From: Sphingomonadales bacterium
Lineage (GTDB): Bacteria; Pseudomonadota; Alphaproteobacteria; Sphingomonadales; Sphingomonadaceae
Assembly: GCA_031415335.1 (NCBI GenBank)
Contig: JANORM010000068.1
Location: 1,136 to 65,135, forward strand
Direction: 5' to 3'
DNA length: 64,000 bases
Position numbers and translations under genes: made by a program. Every line of letters begins with the position of its first letter. The first letter of the stretch is position 1. A model generated the notes under the pieces. That model was not told the origin of the DNA and did not search any database. It saw nothing but the letters and a program-made list of their open reading frames with translations. Positions 1 to 10,233 of the stretch are shown piece by piece.

Positions 1-302
1 AACTGGCGGCCATTTGGAAATCCGGAAGGTGCCGCCAAATTCAGCTTCAGTGTATCGGGAATGATCGCACCGCCGACGGTCAAGCCGCCTGTGCCCGGAA
101 TAACTTGGTTTATGCAATTCGAGACGTTGAAACCTGTTGGCGGAGGCGGTGGAGGCGGCGGCGCGGGCGTTGGGGGCGGTGGGGGCGGTGTCACAGAAGT
201 TGGAGGCGCGTCGTTATTCCCGCCGCCACATGCGCTAAGCGTTAATGCCAATGCAACTGGAACGATGTAAATCAGGTTCCCAAGTGGAGTTTGCTTTTTC
301 AT
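1..302 (-). CDS. Pro-rich lipoprotein with DUF4331-like C-terminal motifs (partial, runs off window; absent from ORF track)
   Basis: Manual translation MKKQTPLGNLIYIVPVALALTLSAC-GGG...PPPPPP...IPDTLKLNLAAPSGFPNGRQL. Has lipobox LSAC. ATG overlaps the upstream stop (TAATG). Confidence 0.75.
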   Translation of the reverse strand, partial: MKKQTPLGNLIYIVPVALALTLSACGGGNNDAPPTSVTPPPPPPTPAPPPPPPPPTGFNVSNCINQVIPGTGGLTVGGAIIPDTLKLNLAAPSGFPNGRQ

Positions 303-973
303 TACAGGTTACCTCCCAAACGTGCGGTTTCGCCCCAAATATCGAGTTGACTCGTTCCGTTGGCCAAACGACTGCGGGGAATTTCGACAACAATTGCTGT
401 CAGATTTTGACCAGCAAAAAAGTTACGTTGACTATTAAAGCTAAGTGTTCCGGTATTGCGCGTGTCCCTGAAACCCTGAAGATCGAAAAAGAATGGATCG
501 TCAAACAGGCCCGCACGAACCGTCACACCGTCTTTGGTCAGGTTAGTTTCAACAGGCCCAGAAATCGCACCGGTAACGCCGGGTAGGCCCATGACCTGCA
601 CACCGAATTGGTTCGGACCCGCAGCGGCGTCGGCGCCAAAACGAATGCGGATCGGAAATTCGGTTGTTGCTGCAGCGCCATCATTCGAAATATTAATCGT
701 ATACAGCGCATTCCGGTCATATGATGCGGCAGCAGTTGTTGGCTGCGGACCAGCGAAGGTCATTGCGACAACGACGGAGGTAGGCGTATGCCACGTATAT
801 ACATCCGCGATGTCGGCAACGCGATCTGGGGTAGAATCCAATGCCGGATCGGTGCGCGTTGGCGGATCGAGGTGATCGGCGGCGCTGGAAAACTGCATTG
901 CGGCGAATACAAGCAAGGGTGACGCCAGCAAGGCCACTCCCGTTGCTATTTTGCGATTTCGGTTTGGTTTCAT
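302..973 (-). CDS. DUF4331 family secreted protein
   Basis: Signal peptide, then ADHLDPP, DIADVY and AGLFDDPFFFDL motifs. AGGAGG upstream of the ATG at 973. Confidence 0.75.
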   Translation of the reverse strand: MKPNRNRKIATGVALLASPLLVFAAMQFSSAADHLDPPTRTDPALDSTPDRVADIADVYTWHTPTSVVVAMTFAGPQPTTAAASYDRNALYTINISNDGAAATTEFPIRIRFGADAAAGPNQFGVQVMGLPGVTGAISGPVETNLTKDGVTVRAGLFDDPFFFDLQGFRDTRNTGTLSFNSQRNFFAGQNLTAIVVEIPRSRLANGTSQLDIWGETARLGGNL

Positions 974-1191
974 TGTCCATCCTCCTATTTCAATACGACC
1001 GTTTATTTGCGCGGACCTGTTAACTACGTAACGGATCAAATTCAGGATGCAAACCCAACCAAATTTAATTGGGCGGTTTTTATTGTCCGTTCGAAAGATC
1101 AGGGTCAGGACTATTTTGCGGACTCTAGCCAATAGGGCTAAATTCGCTTAGGCGCTTGCGCAATGAATCACTCCAGCGAAAGCCAATATAT

Positions 1192-2496
1192 ATGACTCCT
1201 CCCCTCCGCATCGCGCTCGCTGGACTTGGGACGGTTGGCGTCGGTGTCATCAATCTGATAATAGAAAACCGCGACATCATCGCGCGCCGCGCGGGCCGCG
1301 CAATCGAAATTGTTGCCGTCACGGCGCGCGACCGGACTAAGGATCGCGGTGTTGATATTTCGGGGTACCGCTGGACCGACGACATGACCGCGTTGGCGAT
1401 GGCCGATGATGTTGATGTTGTGGTTGAACTTGTCGGCGGATCGGATGGCCCGGCGCTGACCTTGGCGCGTGAGGCGCTGAGCAGCGGCAAGGCATTTGTG
1501 ACCGCAAACAAGGCGATGATTGCGCATCACGGATTGGAACTGGCTTCACTGGCAGAGGCAAATGGCCTTGCGCTGAAATATGAAGCCGCCGTTGCGGGCG
1601 GCATACCCGTGATTAAGGGCCTGCGCGAAGGTGTGGCGGCGAACAGAATAACGCGGGTTTATGGCATTTTAAACGGCACGTGCAATTACATCTTGTCGGC
1701 GATGGAAAAGGACGGCCGCGATTTTGCCGACGTGCTGAAAGATGCACAAGCAGCAGGATTTGCCGAGGCGGATCCCGCGTTTGATATTGACGGTGTTGAT
1801 GCCGCGCACAAGCTGGCGATTCTGGCGTCGCTTTGCTTTGGCACGCAAGTGAATTTTGGCGGCGTGAATATTGGCGGCATTCGCAAGATACTGGCCGCCG
1901 ACATCGAACAGGCGCGTGCGCTGGGATATCGCATACGTTTATTGGGACTGGCGGAAATTGACGGTGAAAATGGCGCAAGCAGCTTGTTCCAGCGGGTTCA
2001 TCCGTTTCTGGTCCGCACCAGTCACCCGCTTGCCCATGTCACCGGCCCCACCAACGCCGTCGTGGCTGAGGGTAATTTTTCCGGACGTTTGTTGTTTCAA
2101 GGCGCAGGGGCCGGAGATAAACCCACCGCATCATCGGTCGTTGCCGACTTGATCGATATTGCGCGCGGAGAAACCGGCCCCGCATTTGCTATGCCGACCG
2201 CTGAATTGGAAAACCTACCGCAAGCGACCAGCGGCCACCGCACTGGCAAAACCTATTTGCGCATGGTGGTGGCGGACAAGTCGGGCGTATTGGCCGAAAT
2301 CACGGCGGCAATGCGTGATGCCGGGCTGTCAATTGAAAGCCTGATCCAAAAAGAAACAAGCGACGATGGCAGCGCGCTGATCGCAATGGTGACACATGAA
2401 GGGCCAGAGTCCGCTATAACCGAAACTATTTCCGCGCTTACCGGGTCTGACAATTTATTGGGCGATCCAATGGTGATGCATATTTTGGGCGAGTGA
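1192..2496 (+). CDS. hom: Homoserine dehydrogenase with C-terminal ACT domain
   Basis: GLGTVG, VTANKA, YEAAVAGGIP, GILNGTCNYIL and GAGAG motifs. Confidence 0.96.
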   Translation: MTPPLRIALAGLGTVGVGVINLIIENRDIIARRAGRAIEIVAVTARDRTKDRGVDISGYRWTDDMTALAMADDVDVVVELVGGSDGPALTLAREALSSGKAFVTANKAMIAHHGLELASLAEANGLALKYEAAVAGGIPVIKGLREGVAANRITRVYGILNGTCNYILSAMEKDGRDFADVLKDAQAAGFAEADPAFDIDGVDAAHKLAILASLCFGTQVNFGGVNIGGIRKILAADIEQARALGYRIRLLGLAEIDGENGASSLFQRVHPFLVRTSHPLAHVTGPTNAVVAEGNFSGRLLFQGAGAGDKPTASSVVADLIDIARGETGPAFAMPTAELENLPQATSGHRTGKTYLRMVVADKSGVLAEITAAMRDAGLSIESLIQKETSDDGSALIAMVTHEGPESAITETISALTGSDNLLGDPMVMHILGE

Positions 2497-2539
2497 ATTT
2501 GCGCCGCCTAATTGTATTTTTTCGAAGGCGGTTGCCGCT

Positions 2540-3820
2540 CTATTTCACCAACACAGCGCCTTTAATAACATGCTCAACCGTTTCTAGCGCGCGCACATCG
2601 GCTAATGGGTCGCCGCGCACGGCAATAATATCGGCGAAGCGGCCTGGCGCGATACTGCCAATATCAGCGGTTTTGTCGAGTAATTGCGCAGCGCCGATGG
2701 TGGCGCTTTGGATCGCTTGCATCGGCGTCATGCCGTATTTGACCATATAGGCAAATTGCCGCGCATTGGCGCCGTGCGGATAAACGCCCGCGTCGGTTCC
2801 ATAAGCCAGTTTTACGCCCAGCTTTACCGCTTTTGCAAAGCCAACGCGCTGAACGTCAGTGGTCTCGCGGTTTTTGCGCAGATATTCGGTCGGCCAGCCT
2901 TCTTTGGTGCCAATGTCGTCAATATAATCGCCGTTATATACATCCATCACCAACCACACACCCTCATCCTTAGCCATTTTCAGCCCCTCATCGTCGATCA
3001 GGCTGGCATGTTCGATGGAGCGGACGCCGGCGCGGATCGCGGACTTAATCCCTGCTGCGCCGTGGGCATGGGCGGTGGCATAGCTTTTACGGTATGTTGC
3101 AACAGTGACGACGGCGCGCATTTGCGCCTCGGTTAATTCTGGTTCGCCCGGCTCCGTGCCAAGGGCCAGCACTGCACCGGTGGCAATCATCTTGATAAAA
3201 TCTGCACCATTGGCAAATAAATTCTCAGTCTTAACCGCCGCGTCTGCGGGTGTGCTGACAACGCCTAGTCGCATATCGGCGGGCAGCTGCTCATTGGGGA
3301 TGACACCGTTCAGCTCGCCGCCGCCCTTAGGAATGGTAATATATGCGCCCGCCACAAACATCCGTGGTCCCGGCACTTGGCCTGTGTTTATCGCATCACG
3401 CAAAGCAACATCGGTTAACCCGCGATAGGTACCAACATCGCGCACGGTGGTGAACCCGGCCTCTAGCGTAACTCGTGCATTATGCGCGCCGATCAGCGCG
3501 GTGGCGGCGGGCGATGTCTTGAGCGGCGCAGCCACATCGGCGCTTTGTCCGGTATCGGCCAGATGCGTGTGCAGATCGACAAGCCCGGGCAAAACAGTAT
3601 AGGCCGACCAGTCAACGCGGCGCGAATCGCTGGGCGTCTCAGCGCAGGGCGCAACGGCAACTATGCGTTCACCCGCAACATTTATGCATTGACCATATAA
3701 CACCGTTCCGGCCTGCACATCGACCAAACGGCCTGCATTGATATACAGGTTTTCGGCATGTAAGGGCGCGGCGGTGATGCCTCCCATCATGGTGAGAAAC
3801 GCAGCAGAACGCCGCATCAC
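2540..3820 (-). CDS. Secreted metal-dependent amidohydrolase (Xaa-Pro dipeptidase-like)
   Basis: PGLVDLHTH, GFTTVRDVG, AHAHG, SIEHAS and GTDAG motifs; N-terminal signal peptide. Confidence 0.88.
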   Translation of the reverse strand: MMRRSAAFLTMMGGITAAPLHAENLYINAGRLVDVQAGTVLYGQCINVAGERIVAVAPCAETPSDSRRVDWSAYTVLPGLVDLHTHLADTGQSADVAAPLKTSPAATALIGAHNARVTLEAGFTTVRDVGTYRGLTDVALRDAINTGQVPGPRMFVAGAYITIPKGGGELNGVIPNEQLPADMRLGVVSTPADAAVKTENLFANGADFIKMIATGAVLALGTEPGEPELTEAQMRAVVTVATYRKSYATAHAHGAAGIKSAIRAGVRSIEHASLIDDEGLKMAKDEGVWLVMDVYNGDYIDDIGTKEGWPTEYLRKNRETTDVQRVGFAKAVKLGVKLAYGTDAGVYPHGANARQFAYMVKYGMTPMQAIQSATIGAAQLLDKTADIGSIAPGRFADIIAVRGDPLADVRALETVEHVIKGAVLVK

Positions 3821-3823
3821 CCC

Positions 3824-4291
3824 TTAATCCTTTTTGGTTATTCGGGCAATTTCGCGTTCGACCATAGATTCAACGATGCCGGGCAAATGGCTTTCCAACC
3901 AATCCTTCAACATTGGACGCAACAGATCGCGAGTTAATCCCTCAAGCGAGGTTTCGCCCGACCGAACGATTTGCGGCGGAGCGCCCGGTTCGGACAGGGT
4001 TTGCAGAGTTGAAAAACTGTGCCGTAAGCCGCGAACTTTATTGTCGTCGAGTAAAACGCCGTCGTTGCTCAGCGTCTGCGATTCTGGCACATCGAGAGAA
4101 TCGAACGCTGGTTCTGCGGCTTCTGTCAGCTCTAATATTTCGTCTGCGTTACTTGCCGATTGTTCCGCTGGCGGCGTGGCCTTCATCGCGCGCCTGGGTG
4201 CCGCGGGCCGCGCTCTATCTTCATCGGCGATGATCTTTTTGATCGACGATAAAATTTCGTCCATCGAGAGCTCGCTGCGACTGTCTGCCAT
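3824..4291 (-). CDS. popZ: Polar organizing protein PopZ (DUF2497)
   Basis: N-terminal SMDEILSSIKKII and C-terminal LRPMLKDWLESHLPGIVESMVEREI; lies downstream of tolC. Confidence 0.9.
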   Translation of the reverse strand: MADSRSELSMDEILSSIKKIIADEDRARPAAPRRAMKATPPAEQSASNADEILELTEAAEPAFDSLDVPESQTLSNDGVLLDDNKVRGLRHSFSTLQTLSEPGAPPQIVRSGETSLEGLTRDLLRPMLKDWLESHLPGIVESMVEREIARITKKD

Positions 4292-4292
4292 A

Positions 4293-5795
4293 TTAATTGC
4301 CCCGTTTGCTGACGCCCTTGCCAGAGGAGAAATCCACCAACGGTTCTATTTCAGCCGTTTGCGCCGCTGTGTCAATGGTGCGGGTCGCTTTTGCCGTTGG
4401 ATCGGCGTTCGTTGACCAGTCGGACCATGCATTGTCCACGCGGTCATAATATTCCGATGGGTCATATAACGGCCCGCCGTCCAGTCCCAAATCACGTGCC
4501 TCTGCGCGGCCCATTGCCGCCAGCAATGTGAAGCCTGCGACATACGCATTTCGCCGCGCGGTCACCAATTGCACTTTGCTGTTCAGCAATTCCTGCTCAG
4601 CATTCAAAATGTCGAGTATCGTTCGGTTTCCGACGGTATTTTCGGCGCGCACCCCTTCGAGGGACAGATCATTCGCCGATACGCCGCGTTCGGCAGACGA
4701 AATGACTTCTTTGGACGCAAGCCAGCTTGCGTAAGCCGCCCGTGTCTGCGCAATCACTTCGCGTTCTGCCGCGATTTCGCTTTCCTGAGCCTGGCTCAGC
4801 CGCGCCTGCGCCTGCCGAATTTGGGCGGCTGGCTGCCCGCCTTGATATAACGGAATGGCAACGCGCACGCCAACTTGCGCTGATGTTGACGATTGCGTCG
4901 GCACAAAGTTACTGCCCCTGATTTGCAGCGACCCTAAAAAATTATTGTATGTAACTTGCGAAAAACCGCTGACCGTTGGCAGCCGCGAACCATTCGCGCC
5001 TTTGCGGTCAAACAACGCTGCGTCACGCTGTTGTTTGGCGGACAGCAGATCGGGGTTGTTATCCAAAGCGATTGTAACCGCCATATCCGGCGTTTCCGGT
5101 AAATTGGGCAAAGGCGGCGGCGATTCCAGTTCACCGGGCGCACGTCCCACCAACTGTATATAGACCTCTTTTGACCGAATAAGCTGCGCCCGCGCCGTCT
5201 CCATATTGCTGGCCGCTGCTGCCAATCGCGCTTCGGATTGCGCCACATCGGTCCGCGTCAGATCGCCGATTTCAAACCTGTCTCGCGTGGCCAGCAGGTT
5301 GACCTGCAACGTGCCCACTTGCGCGCGGTTCAGCGATACCAAAGCCTCATCGCGGATTACGTCCATATACGCGCCGACCACCGCCGAGAATATCGAGCTT
5401 TCCGCGCCGCGCAAATTGGCGCGCCCTGCCTCTACTCGCGTTTGCGCCGCGCGAATGGCATTTTTAATCGCGCCGCCATTATATAATGGCACGTTCAGCG
5501 ATGTGTCGGCGTTAACTTGGCGCGCAATGGTCGACTGTGACGATGCGGAATTCAACAAGTTCTCGGTATAAGTCGCATTGGCCGAAACCCCAGGACGGCC
5601 ATTGGATTTCGCCAACGGCACATTCTCATCCACCACCTGTTGCCCAGCGCGCGCACCGGTTAAGCTTGGATTGGTGGCATAAGCCGATTCCAGCGCCTCG
5701 CGCAACGTATCGGCACTTGCAGGCGCGCCAGTTAATATGGAGCAAGTGGCGGTCAAAGCCAGACCGCGTACGATATGTTTGCTGTTCAATGTCAA
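4293..5795 (-). CDS. tolC: TolC family outer membrane protein
   Basis: Two outer-membrane efflux repeats; G(D/N)xT..D..(A)EQEL motifs; pcm-tolC-popZ synteny. Confidence 0.92.
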   Translation of the reverse strand: MTLNSKHIVRGLALTATCSILTGAPASADTLREALESAYATNPSLTGARAGQQVVDENVPLAKSNGRPGVSANATYTENLLNSASSQSTIARQVNADTSLNVPLYNGGAIKNAIRAAQTRVEAGRANLRGAESSIFSAVVGAYMDVIRDEALVSLNRAQVGTLQVNLLATRDRFEIGDLTRTDVAQSEARLAAAASNMETARAQLIRSKEVYIQLVGRAPGELESPPPLPNLPETPDMAVTIALDNNPDLLSAKQQRDAALFDRKGANGSRLPTVSGFSQVTYNNFLGSLQIRGSNFVPTQSSTSAQVGVRVAIPLYQGGQPAAQIRQAQARLSQAQESEIAAEREVIAQTRAAYASWLASKEVISSAERGVSANDLSLEGVRAENTVGNRTILDILNAEQELLNSKVQLVTARRNAYVAGFTLLAAMGRAEARDLGLDGGPLYDPSEYYDRVDNAWSDWSTNADPTAKATRTIDTAAQTAEIEPLVDFSSGKGVSKRGN

Positions 5796-6460
5796 AATAC
5801 AAACTCCGCCTTTTTTGCAAAGCCGGGCAAGGGCGCAATTTCAGTATCGGCAAACGGGCGCAGCGCGGTGGCTTGCCCTGCTACCCTGCCTTGGTGATAA
5901 CCAACCGCCAGCCGCGTGACACCTTTTTGCGTCAAACCGCAAACGATGCGGCCGCCGTCCGCCAATTGATCGGTCAATGCGCTCGGCAATTCGGCCACTG
6001 CGCCGTCAATGATAATCAGCGAATATGGGCCATGCTCTGCGGCACCGCCGGGCATTGGATTATTCAAAACCGTAACATTGCCCAATACAGACAATTTCGT
6101 TTCGGCAAGAGCAAATAAGGCCGGATCATCCTCAACCGCGACCACCGACGCGGCGCGCGATGCGATCAAACTGGCCAGATACCCGCTGCCTGCGCCAATC
6201 ACCAGCACATGGTCGCTGCGGCTCACGTCGCCCGCCTCCATCATCATCGCGGCGGCAATCGGCGGATTAAGCCAGCGGTTGCCGCTGCCAAGATCGATGC
6301 TGCGGTCCATATACGCCACAGAGCGCATGGCGGCGGGCACAAAATCCTCACGCGCAGACGCACCCATCGCCGCGACCACCCATGGCTGCGATATACCGCT
6401 GGTGCGCAGCTGGCTGTCGATCATGGCCCGTCGGTTGGCTGAAAAATCAGGAATAGACAT
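5792..6460 (-). CDS. pcm: Protein-L-isoaspartate O-methyltransferase family protein
   Basis: RRAMIDSQLRT, REDFVP, VIGAGSGY and LADGGRIV motifs; start trimmed to MSIPDF. Confidence 0.87.
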   Translation of the reverse strand: MSIPDFSANRRAMIDSQLRTSGISQPWVVAAMGASAREDFVPAAMRSVAYMDRSIDLGSGNRWLNPPIAAAMMMEAGDVSRSDHVLVIGAGSGYLASLIASRAASVVAVEDDPALFALAETKLSVLGNVTVLNNPMPGGAAEHGPYSLIIIDGAVAELPSALTDQLADGGRIVCGLTQKGVTRLAVGYHQGRVAGQATALRPFADTEIAPLPGFAKKAEFVF

Positions 6461-6561
6461 GCAATACTTTCGATAGTTGGCCATGGAACGGCAATAGACT
6501 TGATAGGCGATGGACTGAATAAGCAATATACTATTCGGGCGGCTATCCCGAGGGTTCATGC

Positions 6562-6579
6562 GTATTGCAAATACAATAC
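6562..6579. promoter_or_regulatory. Inverted repeat GTATTG-N6-CAATAC upstream of pcm-tolC-popZ; candidate GntR/YtrA-type operator
   Basis: Perfect 6-bp arms seen in sequence; similarity to YtrA-subfamily sites recalled from memory. Confidence 0.4.
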
Positions 6580-6758
6580 AGCCGTTACTAAGTCGGTTTA
6601 GCCAGCCCCGGCGCAAACGCCAAGCAAGATTCCGACAAACCGCCGATTTTAGGTTGCAAGCGGCAACGCGTCCATTCGTTTGAATTGATATGCGATTTCA
6701 CAATTGCATAACCGCAATGCACAAGCTAGAGCCCGCGTTCTGCAATCATATGCAGCGA

Positions 6759-6832
6759 GGCCCGATGGCGGAGTGGTGACGTAGAGGACTGCAAATCCTC
6801 GCACCCGGGTTCGATTCCCGGTCGGGCCTCCA
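6759..6832 (+). tRNA. tRNA-Cys(GCA)
   Basis: GGCCCGA/TCGGGCC acceptor stem, GAGGA-CTGCAAA-TCCTC anticodon arm, GGTTCGATTCC T-loop, encoded CCA. Confidence 0.97.
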
Positions 6833-6913
6833 ATTTTTTATGACAATATAGCGCGCCTGCCACAGGGTCGCCCGTCCTGCTGCGCCAATATGGTCACAGC
6901 GTTAGCAGGACTG

Positions 6914-7585
6914 CTAAACGTCGGACCATAAACGCAACAAATTATGGTAAACCGCGGTGAGTTGAAGGACGTGCGCCGATTGCCCATCGTCCGAGGCGAT
7001 GGATTGGATCGTGCTATCAAGGTCAAACAATATCCGTCGGCATGCGTCTTCACGTACAAGGCTTTGCACCCAGAAAAAGCTGGCCATGCGCGTACCTTTG
7101 CGGACGGGTGCCACATGATGGATCGCGCCCGACGGGTAGAGGAATAGATCACCAGCCGCGAATTTGGCGATATGCTCGCCCGCAACATCCGCAATTCTAA
7201 GTTCGCCGCCCTCATAGCTGCCGGGATCGCTCAAAAACAAAGTCGCCGAAAGGTCAGTCCGCATCCGATGTGATCCCAATGGCCTAATGGCCCCATCAAT
7301 ATGCGGCCCGTAAGTCTCACCTACATCGTAGCGATTGAAGAGCGGCGGGGAAATTTTGGCCGCGAGCGCGCTGGAGGCAAAAACGGGATGCGCGGCAAGT
7401 GCGTCAAAAATGAGCGAAGAGGCTTCCAGCCCCGCCGGATCATCCTCCGCCAACTGTTGATTGCGCTTCACTTTTGCCGAAAGATGCCCTGCGGTCGCCG
7501 CGCCATCGACCCACCGCCCCCCCGCGATCAACGCAATCACGCGCGCCAGTGCCGCACCAGTCAGAACTTCGGGGATGTGAAGCAT
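6914..7585 (-). CDS. piuC: PKHD-type Fe(II)/2-oxoglutarate hydroxylase (PiuC/YbiX)
   Basis: WVDG..TAG, PPLFNRY, HIDGA, RTDLSATLFL, YEGGEL and YHNLLRLW motifs. Confidence 0.93.
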   Translation of the reverse strand: MLHIPEVLTGAALARVIALIAGGRWVDGAATAGHLSAKVKRNQQLAEDDPAGLEASSLIFDALAAHPVFASSALAAKISPPLFNRYDVGETYGPHIDGAIRPLGSHRMRTDLSATLFLSDPGSYEGGELRIADVAGEHIAKFAAGDLFLYPSGAIHHVAPVRKGTRMASFFWVQSLVREDACRRILFDLDSTIQSIASDDGQSAHVLQLTAVYHNLLRLWSDV

Positions 7586-7642
7586 GTATTTGCTTTCAGT
7601 GACCGTATTAAGGCAGCAAGCCTAACAGCATTATAGCCTGCA

Positions 7643-9862
7643 TCAAAAGCCAAACTTAACGGTTGCGAGTGCCGTGCGCCCGGCACCGGGTATGACATGA
7701 ACGGGGTGCAATTGCTCATAATAGAGCTTGTCGCCCAAATTATAGACGATGATCGAAGCGGTCACTTTTTTGCTGAACTTATATTTCGCGCTGATGTCTG
7801 CAATCGCGTAGCCGGGTGCAGTCAGGAAGGACGCAGGCGTATTCTGCGCCAACCGCCGCGATACCGCGAGCAGGTTGAAACCGATATTGAGTTTGGGTGT
7901 GAAATCATAGCTTGTACTGAAACTCCCCATATGGCGCGGGGTAATGTTCAATGGTTCACCGACGAGCGGACCATTAGGCGACGATTTCAGCGTTTGACTG
8001 TCGAGATAACTATAACTCGCGCTGATGCTCCATCCCGCCGCGACTTCGCCGCGAAACTCGATTTCGCCGCCGTCGACGCGCTGAAGACCGCCCAACGTGT
8101 TGAACCCGGATGTCGCCGGGTCAGGCACGCGAACATTGTCTTTTTCAATCCGAAATATCGATGCCGAAAACAACACCTTATCGCCAAAGAAGTTCCACTT
8201 TGTGCCGAATTCAATGCTGGCACTTGTTTCGGGTGCAAGGTTTATGTTGGCCTGCGCAACGGACCGTCCCGCAGAAATCAAGGACTCGACGCCTTCCCCA
8301 GACGGGTTGAATGAGTTGGCATATGCCAGAAAAATGCTCCCCTTTGCCGCGGGCTTGTAAACAAGCGCCGCGCGGTAGCTGAGGTTCCGATCCGTCCGGT
8401 CTACGTTTGTCGTGGCGATCTGGACACCATCCCGATTAAAACCCACGCTGTCATATTTGGTGCGAAAACTATCCCACCGCAATCCAACAATGGCGCGCCA
8501 TTTGTCGCCAATCTCAACGGTATCGATTGCAAAAATGCCAAACGCATTTGACCTTGAGCGCGCGCGCAACCGCACAAAGCTGGTCGCACGATTATCAAAG
8601 AAACCACCGACGGGGTTCGTTAACGACGTGGTCGGCACCGCAAAATTGGAGATAAAAACAGGATCAGCCGACTCGCGGCCAAGTTCGATACCCACTATTA
8701 GAGTATGTTTGGTCTTGCCGAGTGCAAATTCAGTGGTGAGGTCGGTTTGATTTTGCAAAAACCCATCGGTTGACGATCCTTCAAAAAGATTGCGCGACAC
8801 CGTAATCGCCGAAAGCGGGGTTGTTCGGGGCGTGCCGAGCGCAATAATGGCTTCGCTGTACCGGAACCCTCGCGTGTTGTTTGAAAATCGAAATTGCGAA
8901 CGAAACAGCGTCTTCTCGCTGAAGCGGTGTTCGAGCCGCGCCGTCAGGATATCGACATTTGTATCGAGAAAATCATTGGTAAAGCCATAATAATTTGAAC
9001 GCCTGACCGCGGCTGGCGCGCCCGGGTTCGAACGCGTCCCGGGAAAGAAGGGTATGCCATAATCTGGCACATTATCTTCTTCTTGGTGAAAATAGCTCAA
9101 CAATAATTTAGTGTCCGCGCCAAGTTGAAACCCAAGCTTAGGCGACACGGCCCAACGCTGGCTGGATGCCGTATCGCGGTCTTCAACCATCGACTTGTGA
9201 TAGACAGCGGTCACGCGAAAATCTGCGCCGCCAATCGCATTGGCAACGTTTAGATCACCGACGATCCGGCGCGTTTCGTCCAAGCCCAGACTGGCTTCGA
9301 TCTGACCAAATGTCTCGTTTTTCGGCGTTTTGCCCACGCGGTGGATGACGCCGCCCGTAGAACCGCGCCCGAATAAAATGGAGGACGGACCTTTGAGCAC
9401 TTCAATCGCGGCATCGTCAAAAGTGTCGCGGTAATAGAAGCCAAAATCGCGGATATTGTCCAGAAACAGATCGTTACGCGTCGTAAATCCGCGCAAAATT
9501 GCGTTGTTGCCCTGAAAACTCGTCTCGCCTGCGCCCAGGCTGATTCCGGCAACATTGCGCAGGGCGTCATTCAAATTCGAAATGCCGCGCTTGGCAAGGT
9601 CTTCGCTTGATAAGACCGAGATTGCCTGCGGTGTATCAACAATCGGGGTCGCAATCCGGTCAAGCTGCGGCTGATTGTCGCGCGTACCCGTGACGACAAT
9701 TGTCGGTGATGTTTTTGGGGCTTGCTCGGACGTTTCGGACACAGGCTGTGCAAATGCCGTCGTCGCCGCGCCAAGGCCAAGTGCGAGGCTGGTTACAAGC
9801 GAAGTTTGCCGGATAGGTCGGTTAAAAAATCGGTCTTGGGCAACCGAATTGACTTCCCTCAT
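7643..9862 (-). CDS. TonB-dependent siderophore receptor (Fiu/PiuA-like); start uncertain (9862 or 9898)
   Basis: TonB box IVVTG, DTPQAISV, IEVLKGPSSILFGRGSTGG, C-terminal Phe; adjacent to piuC. Confidence 0.9.
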   Translation of the reverse strand: MREVNSVAQDRFFNRPIRQTSLVTSLALGLGAATTAFAQPVSETSEQAPKTSPTIVVTGTRDNQPQLDRIATPIVDTPQAISVLSSEDLAKRGISNLNDALRNVAGISLGAGETSFQGNNAILRGFTTRNDLFLDNIRDFGFYYRDTFDDAAIEVLKGPSSILFGRGSTGGVIHRVGKTPKNETFGQIEASLGLDETRRIVGDLNVANAIGGADFRVTAVYHKSMVEDRDTASSQRWAVSPKLGFQLGADTKLLLSYFHQEEDNVPDYGIPFFPGTRSNPGAPAAVRRSNYYGFTNDFLDTNVDILTARLEHRFSEKTLFRSQFRFSNNTRGFRYSEAIIALGTPRTTPLSAITVSRNLFEGSSTDGFLQNQTDLTTEFALGKTKHTLIVGIELGRESADPVFISNFAVPTTSLTNPVGGFFDNRATSFVRLRARSRSNAFGIFAIDTVEIGDKWRAIVGLRWDSFRTKYDSVGFNRDGVQIATTNVDRTDRNLSYRAALVYKPAAKGSIFLAYANSFNPSGEGVESLISAGRSVAQANINLAPETSASIEFGTKWNFFGDKVLFSASIFRIEKDNVRVPDPATSGFNTLGGLQRVDGGEIEFRGEVAAGWSISASYSYLDSQTLKSSPNGPLVGEPLNITPRHMGSFSTSYDFTPKLNIGFNLLAVSRRLAQNTPASFLTAPGYAIADISAKYKFSKKVTASIIVYNLGDKLYYEQLHPVHVIPGAGRTALATVKFGF

Positions 9863-10030
9863 AAGCGATTCCGTCCAAAAATTTATCTCGTAAGACATAG
9901 GCGGCGCTAGCTTAAAAGTGCGTTAATGCCAACCCGAATTGGGGCGCTTTAGCACTTGGAACCGCATCAAATTGATACTCGGAATTACGGTGGAATTACT
10001 GTAGCATGTGCATATTTACCTGTTTATTGA

Positions 10031-10210
10031 AACTACACCGTCAACCGCTTAAACCAATATAGCAATGTCAGCACCAACACTGGCAGCGCGTTTGGCTATG
10101 ATGCCAATGGCAGCCTGACCTTTGATGGCGTATCAAGCTACACTTACGATATTGAAAACCGCCTCATCCAATCCTCTGGTTCCAAAAGCACGGCGTTGCT
10201 TCATGAACCG
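10031..10210 (+). pseudogene. RHS/YD-repeat protein fragment
   Basis: Manual translation NYTVNRLNQYSNVSTNTGSAFGYDANGSLTFDGVSSYTYDIENRLIQSSGSK. Preceded by an in-frame TGA, with no start codon. Confidence 0.75.
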
Positions 10211-10233
10211 CATTTTTTTGTGATCGCGTTTTT

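Noticed and set aside
61-270. Gly-rich plus-strand ORF
   Set aside because: It is the antisense shadow of the Pro-rich lipoprotein on the minus strand.
6682-6720. Fur-like box near tRNA-Cys
   Set aside because: Weak match, and it lies at the 3' side of the iron-uptake genes rather than at their promoter.
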